From: Candidatus Saccharimonadota bacterium
GTDB lineage: Bacteria; Patescibacteriota; Saccharimonadia; Saccharimonadales; UBA4665
NCBI GenBank assembly: GCA_016699955.1
Contig: CP064993.1
Location: forward strand, 300,001-332,000
Reading direction: 5' to 3'
DNA length: 32,000 nucleotides
Shown here: positions 30,388 through 32,000 of the stretch, piece after piece
Position numbering within the stretch: the stretch's first letter is position 1
How the letters are laid out: the number at the start of each line of letters is the position of its first letter
Made by a program: the position numbers and the translations under genes
Notes under the pieces: model-generated
What the model saw: only the letters and a program-made list of their open reading frames with translations
Told to the model about the DNA's origin: nothing
The model's database searches: none

Positions 30388-30396
30388 AGTGTAGCA
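30388..30396 (-). promoter_or_regulatory. Extended -10 TGCTACACT driving the riboswitch transcript
   Basis: The reverse complement of 30388-30396 is TGCTACACT. The predicted transcription start near 30381 lies just upstream of the P1 helix. Confidence 0.45.
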
Positions 30397-30516
30397 CGGT
30401 CGCTAGTACGCTAGATATAGTAATTTTTACCAAACACGCATATTGCACCACTAAGCCTGCTCGGCCGGCAGAGCCGTGAAGCACTGCTGCTAAAAACGAG
30501 ATATCCGTGATAAAAA

Positions 30517-31029
30517 CTATTTCGAGTTGTGGGTGCGGAGATTTGCTAGGCGAGATGTAAAGCTCTGGGCGGAGCCTTCAAGACCGAGAACACGAAAAGC
30601 AGCCAAGACAACTGCAATATCTTGGAGCTGCTGCTCGGTAGCAATGGCTTGCCCTTCGACGTCAGCAAATAGCTTCTCGACCTTCTCGATCAGCCACTTT
30701 TCCTCTGCTGGTTTCACTTCGTTTGTCAGGAGCGATTTTTCGATTTGTAGCGTTGGAGCAACTACCTCGAGTGAGCGAGCGCTGTAATCACGCTTCACAA
30801 GATGCCCACGCTTAATTAGATTACCGACATGCAGCGCTACAGTCGCAACCGACGTGTACTGCAGTCCGTTCATTATTTCGCGGTAGCTTGGACTGTAGCC
30901 ATGTTCGGCAATAAACTGTTCAATATAGCCCAAAAGTTCTTTCTGTTTTTTGGTGGGTCGCACTGTTTTCACCGTAGATTCACCAACAACAGATACGGCT
31001 TTAACCTCATTTGTTTGCTTTTCGTTCAT
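30517..31029 (-). CDS. LexA-type winged-helix DNA-binding protein without an S24 peptidase domain (170 aa)
   Basis: Residues of about 27-85 (KKQKELLGYIEQFIAEHGYSPSYREIMNGLQYTSVATVALHVGNLIKRGHLVKR) follow the LexA N-terminal domain pattern. The C-terminal 80 aa are helical and acidic, with no Ser/Lys dyad context. Confidence 0.6.
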   Translation of the reverse strand: MNEKQTNEVKAVSVVGESTVKTVRPTKKQKELLGYIEQFIAEHGYSPSYREIMNGLQYTSVATVALHVGNLIKRGHLVKRDYSARSLEVVAPTLQIEKSLLTNEVKPAEEKWLIEKVEKLFADVEGQAIATEQQLQDIAVVLAAFRVLGLEGSAQSFTSRLANLRTHNSK

Positions 31030-31370
31030 GATTTTATACTACCATTTTTGAACACCCAATGTTTATACCAAAACCATTTCCAGACGGTGAAGAAGAGGCT
31101 GGAAATCCAGAGACCGATGAATGGGGTAACCCCAAGCCACTTAAGGCCGCCGACAATAGCGTAATCTATGGGAATATTTAGCAAACTAAATGGTACGTAC
31201 TTCTTGAGGATTTTTTTGTGGCCCTGTTGCCTGGCTGAATAATTAAATGCAAGGTAGTGCTGGACGAGGTAGTTGAGCAACCAGCCGACCAAATCAGCTA
31301 TGCCCTTGGCAATAAGCCAATGCCAATGAAATACGCCGTATAACAATGCAAATATGAAGTATCCGCTCAC
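31026..31370 (-). CDS. GtrA-like small membrane protein (putative)
   Basis: The 114-aa protein has about 4 TM helices and the C-terminal WKWFWYKHWVFKN, which resembles the GtrA-family ending (..r.wvF). It has a GTG start and overlaps the downstream LexA-like gene by 4 nt. Confidence 0.5.
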   Translation of the reverse strand: MSGYFIFALLYGVFHWHWLIAKGIADLVGWLLNYLVQHYLAFNYSARQQGHKKILKKYVPFSLLNIPIDYAIVGGLKWLGVTPFIGLWISSLFFTVWKWFWYKHWVFKNGSIKS

Positions 31371-31392
31371 AAAAAGACTGCCCCGCCAAGGT

Positions 31393-31421
31393 TAAAAAAG
31401 AAAAACTGTTTCGCAGTTTTT
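31393..31421 (-). terminator. AU-rich hairpin terminator after the O-antigen-ligase-like gene
   Basis: On the minus strand, AAAAACUG/CAGUUUUU form a stem around the loop CGAAA, followed by CUUUUUU. Confidence 0.5.
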
Positions 31422-31457
31422 GGTAGCTGGAAGTATGTTGTTGGTGATTTGGAGTGT

Positions 31458-32000
31458 TTAAGCATGTTGTTTCTGGGGCTTTTTTGAAGTTGGCAGCCAG
31501 GCAAGACCAATGGCCGCCAGCCCCCACCACAGGTAGGCAAGAGTAACGTCTGCCCAAGCATAGGAAAGTAAATTTACGAGTGTTAAGCCTGCCAGTGTCG
31601 CAAAAAGCATGCGCGCTAACCCCTCTTTGCGAGCGTACAGCGACCGGCCAAGCCTGTAACATACGGTGACGAAAAGCCCCATGCCAAGCCATCCTATCTC
31701 TTGGCCTAGCCCCAAAAAGTAATTTTCACTGATGCGTGCAGGGATGTCATCTTCCAACATAGAGGCCGGTCCGGCCGTCCCGAGCCCTCGCCCAAACGGT
31801 TCACTGACAACATCTTTAATCCCAATTCGTAATGCGCTGAGACGATCCTCATTTGAGGTTTGCTCAGCTGTTGATTGATCATTAACATGTAGGACTGCGT
31901 TTTTGAAGCCTTGATTTGCTTGAAGAAGAAAAAGAGCTGATACGAGCAGGGCGAAAACTCCGAGAGCAAAAGGTAGTACTACTCGGGCACCTTTCATAAA
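31458..32000 (-). CDS. O-antigen ligase/polymerase (Wzy_C)-like membrane protein, C-terminal part (5' end outside the window)
   Basis: The frame is open to the window edge. ENYFLGLGQEIGWLGMGLF matches the Wzy_C pattern (hN.yL..l.E.G..G), flanked by TM helices. Confidence 0.6.
   Translation of the reverse strand, partial: FMKGARVVLPFALGVFALLVSALFLLQANQGFKNAVLHVNDQSTAEQTSNEDRLSALRIGIKDVVSEPFGRGLGTAGPASMLEDDIPARISENYFLGLGQEIGWLGMGLFVTVCYRLGRSLYARKEGLARMLFATLAGLTLVNLLSYAWADVTLAYLWWGLAAIGLAWLPTSKKPQKQHA

Overview
This is a 32-kb chromosomal window from a gene-dense bacterial genome that uses the standard genetic code. The gene content and the many short membrane-anchored orphan proteins suggest a reduced Patescibacteria/Saccharibacteria-like organism, but that is inference only. 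I support about 36 protein genes (most on the minus strand) and two tRNA(CAT) genes. I found no rRNA, no CRISPR array and no intact mobile element.

Recognisable housekeeping genes:
- aspS, the convergent pair pyrB/pyrC, a murC-like ligase, nadD, tsaC and a dus-family gene.
- corA, a CNNM/CorC-like DUF21-CBS protein and a DsbA-like oxidoreductase.
- Two ABC-2 exporter pairs.
- Nudix, HD, HAD, GNAT and EEP enzymes, and an FtsB/DivIC-like protein.

Observations worth a second look:
1. A cobalamin riboswitch with its own promoter and attenuator terminator sits in front of a two-gene module, a transcobalamin-like DUF4430 protein plus a small polytopic membrane protein. nadD follows directly and no transporter ATPase is nearby.
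2. A perfect 18-bp inverted repeat carries back-to-back extended -10 boxes between aspS and a PaaX-like (Cas2-fold) regulator gene. A degenerate copy lies on the far side of that gene.
3. A TGnTAnnnT box recurs 6-7 nt upstream of ATG codons, implying many leaderless mRNAs alongside Shine-Dalgarno (SD)-led genes. This changes two start calls.
4. Several structured, unassigned non-coding stretches occur at 11.3-11.6 kb, 22.1-22.3 kb, 1.5-1.7 kb and at the left edge.
5. A hairpin-forming 21-nt sequence is present twice, in frame, inside dus.
6. A minus-strand block (14.3-20.3 kb) mixes orphan tail-anchored or beta-propeller envelope proteins with tsaC, Nudix and HD genes.

I did not find a clear-cut multi-gene novel system such as a defence island. 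The riboswitch-controlled B12 module and the unassigned RNA at 11.3-11.6 kb are my best candidates for undescribed biology. All family assignments come from motif reading by eye and need HMM or covariance-model confirmation.
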